A DNA stretch of 64,000 nt, from the IMG/VR virus record IMGVR_UViG_3300026077_000001; one strand, written 5' to 3'. Position 1 is the stretch's first letter; every line of letters begins with the position of its first letter. Positions 49,079 to 57,620 of this stretch are shown here, piece after piece. Both the position numbers and the translations under genes were made by a program. The stretch comes from a virus. Lineage: Duplodnaviria; Caudoviricetes. The notes under the pieces are model-generated. The model did not search any database and was not told the DNA's origin. It saw only the letters and a program-made list of their open reading frames with translations.

Positions 49079-49947
49079 CACAACTAAAATCATATAAGAC
49101 ACCACTTAGATATCCTGGTGGTAAGTCTAGGGCAGCGAAGTATCTTATTCGTCAGTTCCCACTCAACATCAAACAGTATCGTGAACCATTCTTAGGTGGT
49201 GGATCTGTTGCTTTAGAATTTACAAAACAGAATCCTCACGTACCTGTGTGGGTTAATGACAAGTATTATTATTTGTATAACTTCTGGTTCCAAGTACAGA
49301 AAGGATCTAATTTATTAACTGAGGATCTCTTACGTCTTAAACAGAAACACAGCACACCTGATAAAGCAAGAGATCTATTCAATAGATGTAAGGAAACTAT
49401 CTCCTCAGTTAATGAGAGAGAACAGGCAGCATACTTCTATGTTCTTAACAAGTGTTCCTTCTCAGGACTAGGAGAGAACTCATCATTCTCACCACAAGCA
49501 TCTGATTCAAACTTTTCTAAGCAAGGTATCTATAAGTTACCAACATATTCTAAGATCATTCAGAACTGGAAGATAACAAACTTAGATTACACTGATCTAC
49601 TTAAGGACACTGAGGATGCTTTTGTCTTTATGGATCCACCATATGATATTAAGTCCTTCCTTTATGGAGAGAAGGGTGGTACGATGCATAGGAACTTCAC
49701 ACACGATACCTTTGCATTAGATTGCTCTACGTCTGGTAAGAAGTGGATGATCACATATAATTCTAACGATACTATTAAAGAGTTGTTTAAAGAGTATAAT
49801 ATGAGAGAGTGGGATCTGACTTATACTATGAGATCAACAGGATCTTATAACGTAGATCAGTCCAAACGTAAGGAATTGCTAATAACAAACTATAGTGTTA
49901 AATCCATTTTAGAAGATCTTTTTAATGAGCAACTACAAACTATCTGA
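49075..49947 (+). CDS. dam: DNA adenine methyltransferase, Dam/D12 class (TTG start)
   Basis: PLRYPGGKS, YREPFLGGGSV, WVNDK, FMDPPY. Confidence 0.92.
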   Translation: MTQLKSYKTPLRYPGGKSRAAKYLIRQFPLNIKQYREPFLGGGSVALEFTKQNPHVPVWVNDKYYYLYNFWFQVQKGSNLLTEDLLRLKQKHSTPDKARDLFNRCKETISSVNEREQAAYFYVLNKCSFSGLGENSSFSPQASDSNFSKQGIYKLPTYSKIIQNWKITNLDYTDLLKDTEDAFVFMDPPYDIKSFLYGEKGGTMHRNFTHDTFALDCSTSGKKWMITYNSNDTIKELFKEYNMREWDLTYTMRSTGSYNVDQSKRKELLITNYSVKSILEDLFNEQLQTI

Positions 49948-50314
49948 TTACCTCAACAGTGTTAACTGGACTAAGGAGGATCTTCGGGATCGTGGTCCTG
50001 ACTGGATGCAGAAGTATCCATCTTATATTATTAATAAATGTTTGTCGGGTCATATAGATTCAGTTTTGTATGCAAATGAAATTAATCAGATGCATCATCT
50101 TGACAGGGATATGCAATATTCATTTTATCTAAATAGTCTCAGAAAGAAGCGTCGTTACAGTCCCTGGCTTAAAAAGGATAAGGCAGAGAACCTTGATCTT
50201 ATTAAGCAATACTTTGGTTATAACAATGACAAAGCTCGGGATGCATTACGAATTCTGACTAAAGATCAGATCGAATTGATCAAATCAAAACTGAATACTG
50301 GAGGAGTGAGATGA
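49925..50314 (+). CDS. gp62: Clamp loader small subunit gp62
   Basis: DYLNSVN, YPSYIINKCLS, LRKKRRYSPW, KQYFGYNNDKA. Confidence 0.93.
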   Translation: MSNYKLSDYLNSVNWTKEDLRDRGPDWMQKYPSYIINKCLSGHIDSVLYANEINQMHHLDRDMQYSFYLNSLRKKRRYSPWLKKDKAENLDLIKQYFGYNNDKARDALRILTKDQIELIKSKLNTGGVR

Positions 50315-50736
50315 GTGAAGAGCAAGACGTGTCTTGGTCTGTGGATATGATGGTCGAGGTTTCCTTAAGGCAACCAGACGATTTCTTAAAGGTCAGAGAG
50401 ACGCTTACTAGGATAGGTGTAGCTTCTCGTAAAGAAAAGAAGTTGTTCCAGTCCTGTCACATACTGCATAAGAAAGGCAAGTATTACATCGTGCATTTCA
50501 AAGAGTTGTTTGCGTTAGATGGTAAACACGCTAACCTAACATCGAATGATATTGAACGACGCAACAGAATTACTAAACTCTTATCTGATTGGGGTCTAGT
50601 GGATATTGTAACTGAGTCTGAACTCGGTGAACTAGCACCACTTAATCAAATCAAAGTTATAGCTTATAAAGATAAGGGTGAATGGAAGTTAGAATCAAAG
50701 TATAATATAGGTAAGAAAAAGCAACCTACTGAGTGA
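50311..50736 (+). CDS. regA: Translational repressor RegA
   Basis: PDDFLKVRETLTRIGVASRK, QSCHILHKKGKYYIVHFKELFALDG. Confidence 0.98.
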   Translation: MSEEQDVSWSVDMMVEVSLRQPDDFLKVRETLTRIGVASRKEKKLFQSCHILHKKGKYYIVHFKELFALDGKHANLTSNDIERRNRITKLLSDWGLVDIVTESELGELAPLNQIKVIAYKDKGEWKLESKYNIGKKKQPTE

Positions 50737-50765
50737 GCTATATAGTAATAGCTTCATAGGTATAA

Positions 50766-51191
50766 ATGGCAAAAGAAGTAAAGGAAGAACTATCAGAGGA
50801 AGAGAAGAAAGGTATCTTTGGTAAAATCAAAGATAAGATACTTCCAGATGAGGATGAGCAAGCTGCTATCATTAGTACATTTGTTCGCCTTGGCGTGTTG
50901 GTTTGGAGTGGCGGAATACTCACATTAAATTACGTTGCCATCCCAGGAGTACCACAACAAAAGATCGACCCGACTTTCATAGCCTCGGTTTTTACGGGGG
51001 TTTTAGCTAGCTTTGGGATTCAAACTGCATCTAAAAAAGGTGACGGTACTATGAAAATGAATGGACAAAATGGTAATGGAAATGGTGTAGGTAAGAACGG
51101 TGGTCCTACTCAAACTCTTGTAATCGAACAAGCTCCTTTAAAAATTATTGCTGTAGATCCTAAGAAAGAGGATAACAATTACAAACTTTAA
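50766..51191 (+). CDS. Two-TM conserved cyanophage membrane protein (141 aa)
   Basis: FVRLGVLVWSGGILTLNYV...DPTFIASVFTGVLASFG. Confidence 0.75.
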   Translation: MAKEVKEELSEEEKKGIFGKIKDKILPDEDEQAAIISTFVRLGVLVWSGGILTLNYVAIPGVPQQKIDPTFIASVFTGVLASFGIQTASKKGDGTMKMNGQNGNGNGVGKNGGPTQTLVIEQAPLKIIAVDPKKEDNNYKL

Positions 51192-51194
51192 GTT

Positions 51195-51752
51195 ATGAAC
51201 AAGTGGTTTATTATTTCCCTAGGAGGTCTCCTAGGTGTGAGTCATATAGGTATGATTGGTATGCTTGCCACTCGTAGTAGACTCCCTCAGCTCAACCTAC
51301 CAGTTGGTCCTTATACATCCTATGCTGTTGAAGCAAGTAAAGAAGGATATAAGATAAACTATAGGTCTAATGATCCTAAGATACTTCGTGTGGAAAGGGA
51401 TGTGAAGAAGAAAGCAGGCTTTCTTGGGTTGGGTAACAACACGTATGAAGGCTTTGAAGAGTACACAATGGACGGTGCAAGGCATCTTCAAGGGAAGAAC
51501 TCAGGAGGTGCAGCAGGAGAAGAAGGAAAAAAGTCTGTCGCCTGTATCAAGGCGGTCGGTGGAGGAGAGCAATCGGGAAGGCTTGTCGGGGCTAGCGTTG
51601 GTGCTGCTGTTGCTCCTAGTCTCTCCTCTGTTCCTTTTGTTGGTTGGGTACTTGCTGGTGCTGCTACGATGATAGGAATGGACGCAGGGAGCGATATAGG
51701 TGGTACAATGGTAGAAGATCTTAATGATAATTGCCAAGAAGAAGTACTATGA
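51195..51752 (+). CDS. Membrane protein with N-terminal anchor and glycine zipper (185 aa)
   Basis: Hydrophobic N-terminus. GASVGAAVAP...VGWVLAGAATMIG...GSDIGG. Confidence 0.7.
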   Translation: MNKWFIISLGGLLGVSHIGMIGMLATRSRLPQLNLPVGPYTSYAVEASKEGYKINYRSNDPKILRVERDVKKKAGFLGLGNNTYEGFEEYTMDGARHLQGKNSGGAAGEEGKKSVACIKAVGGGEQSGRLVGASVGAAVAPSLSSVPFVGWVLAGAATMIGMDAGSDIGGTMVEDLNDNCQEEVL

Positions 51753-52699
51753 ATTACAAAGACTCTGGTGTTGACATCGAAGCAGGTAAAGCATTCGTTG
51801 ACAAGATCAGAGAGTCTGCACCTTCTATAGGTGGATTCAATGGTATGTACAAGATACCTGAAGGATACGAGAAACCTTTATTGGTTTCTGGTGCTGATGG
51901 TGTAGGTACAAAGATTAATATATGTCAGGTAGCAGGTGACTATACTACTATTGGTATAGATCTGGTAGCTATGTGTGTTAATGATGTGATCTGCTGTGGT
52001 GCAGATCCATTGTACTTTTTAGATTACATATCAACACCTAAGTTAGATGAGAACTGTGAAAAGATAGTACAAGGTATAATTGAAGGATGTAAGATAGCAG
52101 GTATAGAACTATTAGGTGGGGAGACTGCTGAACACGGTAGGTTTGCTAAGGACTATGATCTAGCAGGGTTTTGTACAGGTGTTGTAGAAGAAGCAAATGT
52201 AATTGACGGTAGAGATATAAAGAAGGGAGATAAGATCATAGGTATTGGTAGTAGTGGACTGCATAGTAATGGTTATAGTCTTATCAATGATATGCTATGG
52301 AGACAAAAGTTATACTATAAAGACTATCCTAAAGAATTGTTACAACCAACTGAGATCTATTCAAAACTGGTTAAGACACTCGTAGATAACGTTCCCATAC
52401 TTGGTATGGCACATATAACAGGTGGTGGTATACCAGATAACTTACCACGTTGTATTCCTGATGGATTAGAAGCAAGAGTTGATTATAATTCTTGGAAGAT
52501 GCCTGATATCTTTAGTAAGATTATGCTTGCTGGTGAGATACCAGAGGAAGAGATGAAGAAGACATTTAATATGGGTATAGGATTCTGTCTAGTGGTACCA
52601 GAGGAAGCAGTTGAAGATACTCTCCACGTCATTAGAGCAGTTGACTCTCTCATACAGACCACACCCAGTTGGCTTATTGGTGAAGTTGTGGTAAGCTAA
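51749..52699 (+). CDS. purM: Phosphoribosylformylglycinamidine cyclo-ligase (AIR synthetase), auxiliary metabolic gene
   Basis: YKDSGVDIEAG, GADGVGTK, AMCVND, GGETAE, SSGLHSNGYSL, HITGGG, TFNMGIG. Confidence 0.97.
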   Translation: MNYKDSGVDIEAGKAFVDKIRESAPSIGGFNGMYKIPEGYEKPLLVSGADGVGTKINICQVAGDYTTIGIDLVAMCVNDVICCGADPLYFLDYISTPKLDENCEKIVQGIIEGCKIAGIELLGGETAEHGRFAKDYDLAGFCTGVVEEANVIDGRDIKKGDKIIGIGSSGLHSNGYSLINDMLWRQKLYYKDYPKELLQPTEIYSKLVKTLVDNVPILGMAHITGGGIPDNLPRCIPDGLEARVDYNSWKMPDIFSKIMLAGEIPEEEMKKTFNMGIGFCLVVPEEAVEDTLHVIRAVDSLIQTTPSWLIGEVVVS

Positions 52700-52722
52700 A
52701 TACCATTGCTATAAAAACTAAA

Positions 52723-52974
52723 ATGCAAAAGATTATAAATGTACTCGCTATTGCGTCTAGCGTTGTATCTATTACCGTTGTCGGTGTTGGTGGTTACGTG
52801 TATCTTAATAAAGATGCCATCATAAATTCAGTGACTGAGAAAGCACTAGGATCGTTTGGTGGTGGTGCACTTGGTGGTATTGGTGGTGGTGCCCTTAAGG
52901 GAACTGTTCCTGATATGGCTGCTCCTCAAGCACCAATGGAAATAGATCCTGCCAAAGCAGTTCCTGCTTTCTAA
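52723..52974 (+). CDS. Single-TM protein with Gly-rich segment (83 aa)
   Basis: N-terminal TM helix. Late promoter TAAATA at 52697-52702. Confidence 0.7.
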   Translation: MQKIINVLAIASSVVSITVVGVGGYVYLNKDAIINSVTEKALGSFGGGALGGIGGGALKGTVPDMAAPQAPMEIDPAKAVPAF

Positions 52975-53231
52975 TGGATATACAAAAGATTACTTCTACT
53001 GGTACAGCAATTGCTGTAGTCGGAACTGGTACGTTTGTCGGTGGTGGACACATCATCGACCAACAAACTGGTGGTCCTGAGAAACGTGCTAAGGCACAGG
53101 AATCAGAACTCCGTTTGATAATCAGGGAAGAAGTCCAGAAAGCAATCTGGGATAGTTGGCCAGAGACCACTGGTAATGTCAAAGGTCTACCAACCCCACA
53201 AAATTATAAAAATCAAATTCCTCAAAAATGA
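52974..53231 (+). CDS. Hypothetical protein with N-terminal hydrophobic segment (85 aa)
   Basis: TAATG coupling. Confidence 0.65.
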   Translation: MDIQKITSTGTAIAVVGTGTFVGGGHIIDQQTGGPEKRAKAQESELRLIIREEVQKAIWDSWPETTGNVKGLPTPQNYKNQIPQK

Positions 53232-53431
53232 TTAATTTATTAGCAGCAGCATCGCTTGACTTAAATGAAGCGTGGAACCTATCTTGGTCAGAAGGTATTC
53301 AGTTTATACTTGTACTTGCCTTTGTGTATTGGTTAAAGGTTAAGATAGATACAAGAGCAGGTCTTGGTAAGAAGAAACTAAGACAGTTAAAGACTGTAAT
53401 CAAAGAAGCAATAGAAGAAACTCGTGGGTAA
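53228..53431 (+). CDS. Single-TM hypothetical protein (67 aa)
   Basis: IQFILVLAFVYWL followed by basic residues. Confidence 0.65.
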   Translation: MINLLAAASLDLNEAWNLSWSEGIQFILVLAFVYWLKVKIDTRAGLGKKKLRQLKTVIKEAIEETRG

Positions 53432-54323
53432 CATTAACGTACCAAACGTAACCATTAATGGTCCTCGTATCAATGACATAACTGTCAATGGTACGGGGAT
53501 TAATCTTTTAAGGATACGTACACCTTTTGTACGACCTATAGGGACAAATTATATTGCAGATAGATCGTGGATGAATGATACACCTGCTGTTCAGGGATTA
53601 GTACTTCCAGTTACTACAGTGGTTGGTACTCCTGTAGTTGATATGCCTGGTTGTGTCAAAGTACACAAGGAGAATACGAAAGGAAATAATAATAAGATGT
53701 TGGTCAATGATGACCCTAAAGGAAATACGGTATTATGTGATGCAGGTATGCCATATTATGAACCACCTAACTATGATGCTAGATCATTAAGTTGGCAAAC
53801 TATTACAGTAGAAAGTGATGATGAACCAGAAGGTGTTAATACAGAAGTCGATACACCTGATCCACCAGACACACCTGAACCACCTGGTACCCCTGAACAA
53901 GACGGAGACCCTCCCTGTCCAGGTCCGACAGCACCACGTATAGGTGATGTAGCACAGAGCCAGAAAGAGAAGGTCAGTGGATTTGAATTGCAGAGGGATC
54001 CTAAGAACCCTGATGGTGAAAAAATATGTGTAACTTTATATGAGGATATTGGTATGGCAGAAGCGTATCTACCTAGTCCTCAGATTGTGACGACGACTGC
54101 GGTGATAGCATCTGTGGCTGCATCGAGTGCCCTACTTGCCAAACCCCTAGCTGACTTGCTGCTGAGGGTGGTGAAACCTGCTGTGAAGAAGGTTGTAACC
54201 AAGGTAAATTCAATCCTAGGAAAGACAACTTATCGTCCTTCTCGTTCTGAGGTTCTTGCAGATGAGTATCGGAAGAAGAAGGGGTTACTTCCTCTGAAGA
54301 AGAAGGCTCAGAAGAAGAAGTAG
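53424..54323 (+). CDS. Hypothetical protein with paired Cys, Pro/Asp linker and C-terminal TM plus basic tail (299 aa, GTG start)
   Basis: GCVKVH...VLCDAG, CPGP...ICVTLY, TTAVIASVAASSALLA. Confidence 0.7.
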   Translation: MGNINVPNVTINGPRINDITVNGTGINLLRIRTPFVRPIGTNYIADRSWMNDTPAVQGLVLPVTTVVGTPVVDMPGCVKVHKENTKGNNNKMLVNDDPKGNTVLCDAGMPYYEPPNYDARSLSWQTITVESDDEPEGVNTEVDTPDPPDTPEPPGTPEQDGDPPCPGPTAPRIGDVAQSQKEKVSGFELQRDPKNPDGEKICVTLYEDIGMAEAYLPSPQIVTTTAVIASVAASSALLAKPLADLLLRVVKPAVKKVVTKVNSILGKTTYRPSRSEVLADEYRKKKGLLPLKKKAQKKK

Positions 54324-55179
54324 GTTCCTCAAAAGTAGGTCTACTTATGTTATGTGTGTGTGGAATTACTTGTCCACCTGCTGCTGTAACAACTACGTCA
54401 GCACATACTGCGTGATAAGGTGATGCTGGATGGAAAAATATGCCGTTCTTTTTGAGTTCACCACAATTTTTAAGACGAGCTAATTCAAAGTCTAAACGCT
54501 TATTAGATACTAACTGATTCTGCATAGCAATCTGTGCTTGTGCAGCCTCGTGGCATTGCTTAACTAGCTTACGGTTCAGTGGTATTGATAGTGTTGCAGA
54601 TACACCAAGGTTAAGACTTTGATTGGCTCTCATATCAGTTCTTATTGGTTTGTACCACGTAGGATCCATACTGCCATTGGATACTACATCAGGTACACCA
54701 TCTGGACCATCTATATCCATTTCTATCTGCATATCTTCACCATCTGGGAACCATCTAGTTCCATCTGCCTTTGTCCTTGTGTCATACCAAGACTCCCAAG
54801 GATAGTTTTTAACTGTGACTGTCTGTTTGGTAGTCTTACCTGTCAGGTCAGTCATATTATATTGTGGTTCGTTATAAAAATCTTCCCAAGGATCTTTCCT
54901 TGAATCTGCAAACTGTACGTATGGTGTCACGTTGAACGTACTACCTTGACACTGTACACCACCACCATAAGTGTTAGTTATATACGGACCTTGTAAAACC
55001 TGTATTGCCTGGTTGGTGACTGAGCCCGACGAGTTGGCTATAGGATTAGCAGTAGCACTTACACCACCAACACCTTCAGCGAGAGCAGTACCACTAGGAA
55101 GAAAAGTAAAACTACCAAGGATAGCAGCGGCTGTGGTTCTGTATATTCTTCTTGCATTCCCGAAACCCCTTGGTATCAC
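54073..55179 (-). CDS. Exported protein with signal peptide (GTG start at 55179 preferred over 55485)
   Basis: GTGA overlap with the upstream gene. ...AAAILGSFTFLPSGTALA|EGVGGVSATANP. NLGVSATLSIPL followed by a long helix. Confidence 0.7.
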   Translation of the reverse strand: MIPRGFGNARRIYRTTAAAILGSFTFLPSGTALAEGVGGVSATANPIANSSGSVTNQAIQVLQGPYITNTYGGGVQCQGSTFNVTPYVQFADSRKDPWEDFYNEPQYNMTDLTGKTTKQTVTVKNYPWESWYDTRTKADGTRWFPDGEDMQIEMDIDGPDGVPDVVSNGSMDPTWYKPIRTDMRANQSLNLGVSATLSIPLNRKLVKQCHEAAQAQIAMQNQLVSNKRLDFELARLKNCGELKKNGIFFHPASPYHAVCADVVVTAAGGQVIPHTHNISRPTFEEPTSSSEPSSSEEVTPSSSDTHLQEPQNEKDDKLSFLGLNLPWLQPSSQQVSPPSAASQLGVWQVGHSMQPQMLSPQSSSQSED

Positions 55180-55646
55180 TGGGTAAACGTACTTGTTGTG
55201 TCTGTCACACTTTTTATCTGGGTCACTCTCTGGATCAGGGTCTGGTTGGTCATACCTGGTCCTTGATAACTCTGGGTAAATTGAAAGGCTTCTCCTGGAG
55301 TCGTTATTGTGAACGTTCCTTGATTGTTGAAGTCCAAGTTGTCGTATTGAGAGGTGACCGAGCCAGTTAGTGCTCCATCTCCTGATCCCACTTGTGGATT
55401 TATTGTCACGGTTGACGTGTTCACGTTCGGGTTCAAAGCTTCTCCATTGTTGGAAACGCCTACCCCTGTCACTGAGTATTCCCATCCTGTACGATAATCT
55501 ATAGAATTTATGGTCTCCGTAATTGTACTTTCAGTCTCGGTGTGACTCGTCATCGAGCCCTGCTGAAAGTTCGGGACCACAGGCACCGCAAGGGTTCTCA
55601 GTGGTACACCAAAGAAACATAATAGTAGGAGTCCTATACGTCTCAT
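55176..55646 (-). CDS. Exported beta-rich protein with signal peptide (start revised from 55715)
   Basis: MRRIGLLLLCFFGVPLRTLA|VPVVPNFQQGS... T/S-rich. Confidence 0.75.
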   Translation of the reverse strand: MRRIGLLLLCFFGVPLRTLAVPVVPNFQQGSMTSHTETESTITETINSIDYRTGWEYSVTGVGVSNNGEALNPNVNTSTVTINPQVGSGDGALTGSVTSQYDNLDFNNQGTFTITTPGEAFQFTQSYQGPGMTNQTLIQRVTQIKSVTDTTSTFTQ

Positions 55647-55659
55647 TTTATATAGCCGA

Positions 55660-56172
55660 TCAACGTATGGTGACTTCTGTGACGAACTGTCCCGTAGCTG
55701 AAGTACCAGCCCCACCAGCTGTTAAACCAATGGCACCAGCAGTACTAAGGGTTCCAGCCAATGCACCAGCACTACCAGGTGCTGTAGAAACTGTGTTACT
55801 GTAACCATTAACGTCACCTACATCAGCAGCAGTAGTTACGATAGCGTCACCAGTAGTTATATTCTGTGTAAAGCTGTATGAATTACCTTGGGTTGTCTGT
55901 GCTACATCAGGAAGTGCAAAAGTTGCTACACCTGCAGTGCTTATAGCAGAGATACCACCTAGGTCACTAGCAGCACTACCACCAGACGGTGTAATAGTTG
56001 TGCTGACACCAGAGCCACTGGTGCTATAAGAATTTCCTGCACGTGATACTGATGTGTATCCTGAGTCAACCTGTAGTTGAACTGAGCTAGTCAATCTATG
56101 CGTCAAATCTGCACGTGCTGGTAATGTAAACCCTAGCAATGCCATACCGAAAAGTAAGGATGCTTTTTTCAT
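55660..56172 (-). CDS. Exported Gly/Ser/Thr/Ala-rich protein with signal peptide (170 aa)
   Basis: MKKASLLFGMALLGFTLPARA|DLTHRLTSSVQLQVD. Minus-strand late promoter TAAATA at 56201-56196. Confidence 0.8.
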   Translation of the reverse strand: MKKASLLFGMALLGFTLPARADLTHRLTSSVQLQVDSGYTSVSRAGNSYSTSGSGVSTTITPSGGSAASDLGGISAISTAGVATFALPDVAQTTQGNSYSFTQNITTGDAIVTTAADVGDVNGYSNTVSTAPGSAGALAGTLSTAGAIGLTAGGAGTSATGQFVTEVTIR

Positions 56173-56280
56173 AATTCCACGATACCTTTCACCCCTATTT
56201 AGCCAAACTTAGCTTTGAAATTAGGTATCAATACGGACATTTCTACTCCAACCGAACTTGTATATTTGTACTATAAACGC

Positions 56281-56343
56281 TAAATATAGGTGGTTGCCTT
56301 CGGGGACCACAAAATCAAACCTCGCTTTTAAAGGAGAAAAACA
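56281..56343 (+). promoter_or_regulatory. hsp20 leader: late promoter, UUCG hairpin and ROSE-like SD-occluding hairpin
   Basis: TAAATA at 56281. gtggt..cc-TTCG-gg..accac at 56290-56310. UCGCU at 56322-56326 facing SD AAGGAG at 56331-56336. Confidence 0.55.
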
Positions 56344-56799
56344 ATGACTGGACTTACAAGGTTCTCAAATTTTGCATCCAAAGATATGGATGTTCTTGTT
56401 GACGCAATCAACAAGTATAGTGTCGGACTAGATGACACACTAACAAGATTACACGCATTTGGATTGAACCCCCAAAGCACATCTTACCCACCGTATAACA
56501 TCGTCAAAGAGAGTGACGATAAGTGGAAGATCGAGATGGCATTAGCAGGATGGAGTAAGGAGGATGTCGAAGTTTCTACAGAGAGACATCAACTTCATAT
56601 CAAATCCACTAAAGTCCAAGAGGATAAGCAAGGAGAATATAATTTCAGAGGGATAGCAGCACGTTCATTTGACAAGTCATTCAACCTGTCAGATGATGTT
56701 GAGGTTACTGACGTTAAACTAAACAACGGATTACTTAATGTAACCCTGACTCGTGTGTTGCCTGAAGCACAGAAGAAAAAGGTGTATGATATAGTATGA
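56344..56799 (+). CDS. hsp20: Small heat-shock protein Hsp20
   Basis: SYPPYNIVK, IEMALAG, RGIAARSF, NNGLLNVTL...PEAQK. Confidence 0.96.
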   Translation: MTGLTRFSNFASKDMDVLVDAINKYSVGLDDTLTRLHAFGLNPQSTSYPPYNIVKESDDKWKIEMALAGWSKEDVEVSTERHQLHIKSTKVQEDKQGEYNFRGIAARSFDKSFNLSDDVEVTDVKLNNGLLNVTLTRVLPEAQKKKVYDIV

Positions 56800-56984
56800 A
56801 ACGAACACCAGGTGAAATAATTATGCACCCCTTATGGATAGGACCTGTGCTGACATTAGGTATGATGTTTATGATACAGACCCTCCATACCGTCACCCAC
56901 TGGCATATGGAAATAGATGCTGATGCATACTGTAGAAACAATGCTGAGTGGGTGGAGTCACAAACAAGTGACGATGATTACTAA
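56796..56984 (+). CDS. Single-TM hypothetical protein (62 aa)
   Basis: ATGA overlap. LWIGPVLTLGMMFMI. Followed by a terminator. Confidence 0.65.
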   Translation: MKRTPGEIIMHPLWIGPVLTLGMMFMIQTLHTVTHWHMEIDADAYCRNNAEWVESQTSDDDY

Positions 56985-57003
56985 CATATATAATGTACAA
57001 CTG

Positions 57004-57030
57004 AAGAGACCCCCAAGGGTCTCTTTTTAT
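57004..57030 (+). terminator. Rho-independent terminator
   Basis: aagagaccc-ccaa-gggtctctt followed by a T-run. Confidence 0.85.
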
Positions 57031-57043
57031 TTGGAGACCCAAT

Positions 57044-57286
57044 GTGAATTACTACATTAACTGTGCACCAAGGGGTACAGATGATTACGAGAGTGTCACT
57101 CTTGACATCCCTACCTCTGACGTTGAAGAGATTTTGTACCTAGCACGTACAATATCAGAGGAAAAGAACATAACAGCACGTAAGGCTTTCGGTGATGTCG
57201 TTCGTGGTGTATACTATCAATTAATGGAGAAAAATTATGACCGTAAAAATCGTAAGAATGCTCAACGGAGAGGACGTAATAGGTGA
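57044..57286 (+). CDS. Hypothetical protein (80 aa, GTG start)
   Basis: SD ggag at 57032-57035. Confidence 0.6.
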   Translation: MNYYINCAPRGTDDYESVTLDIPTSDVEEILYLARTISEEKNITARKAFGDVVRGVYYQLMEKNYDRKNRKNAQRRGRNR

Positions 57287-57620
57287 GGTACAGGAAGCAT
57301 ATCCTAATCAAGAGACCTATAGTCCTATTGGGTATATGGTCACTAATCCTTACCAAGTTCAACTAGATGCTACTGCTGAGATGTTATTCGAGGAGAATAT
57401 ATCCTCTGAACCTCAGAAAATTAATGATTTGAATCTACAATTATTCCCTTGGATTCCTTTATCACTTAATAATAAGACTCTAGTAGTCCTTTCAAACGTA
57501 GCAACAGTCTACACACCACATCCAGAAGTCGTAGCGAAGTGGGAAACCTTAGTTAAAGCACATCACAATGAATCCATTGAAAATAATAGTCCTGAAGGAT
57601 CACAATCACTTGATGGGTGA
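57237..57620 (+). CDS. Probable Sm/LSm-like fold protein (127 aa)
   Basis: VKIVRMLNGEDVIGEV...TNPY...LFPWIPLS...VATVYTP. Confidence 0.65.
   Translation: MTVKIVRMLNGEDVIGEVQEAYPNQETYSPIGYMVTNPYQVQLDATAEMLFEENISSEPQKINDLNLQLFPWIPLSLNNKTLVVLSNVATVYTPHPEVVAKWETLVKAHHNESIENNSPEGSQSLDG

Noticed and set aside
55180-55485. N-terminal 102 codons of the 470-aa minus-strand ORF in the track
   Set aside because: They overlap the upstream gene in another frame. The GTGA overlap at 55179 followed by a signal peptide is the more plausible start.
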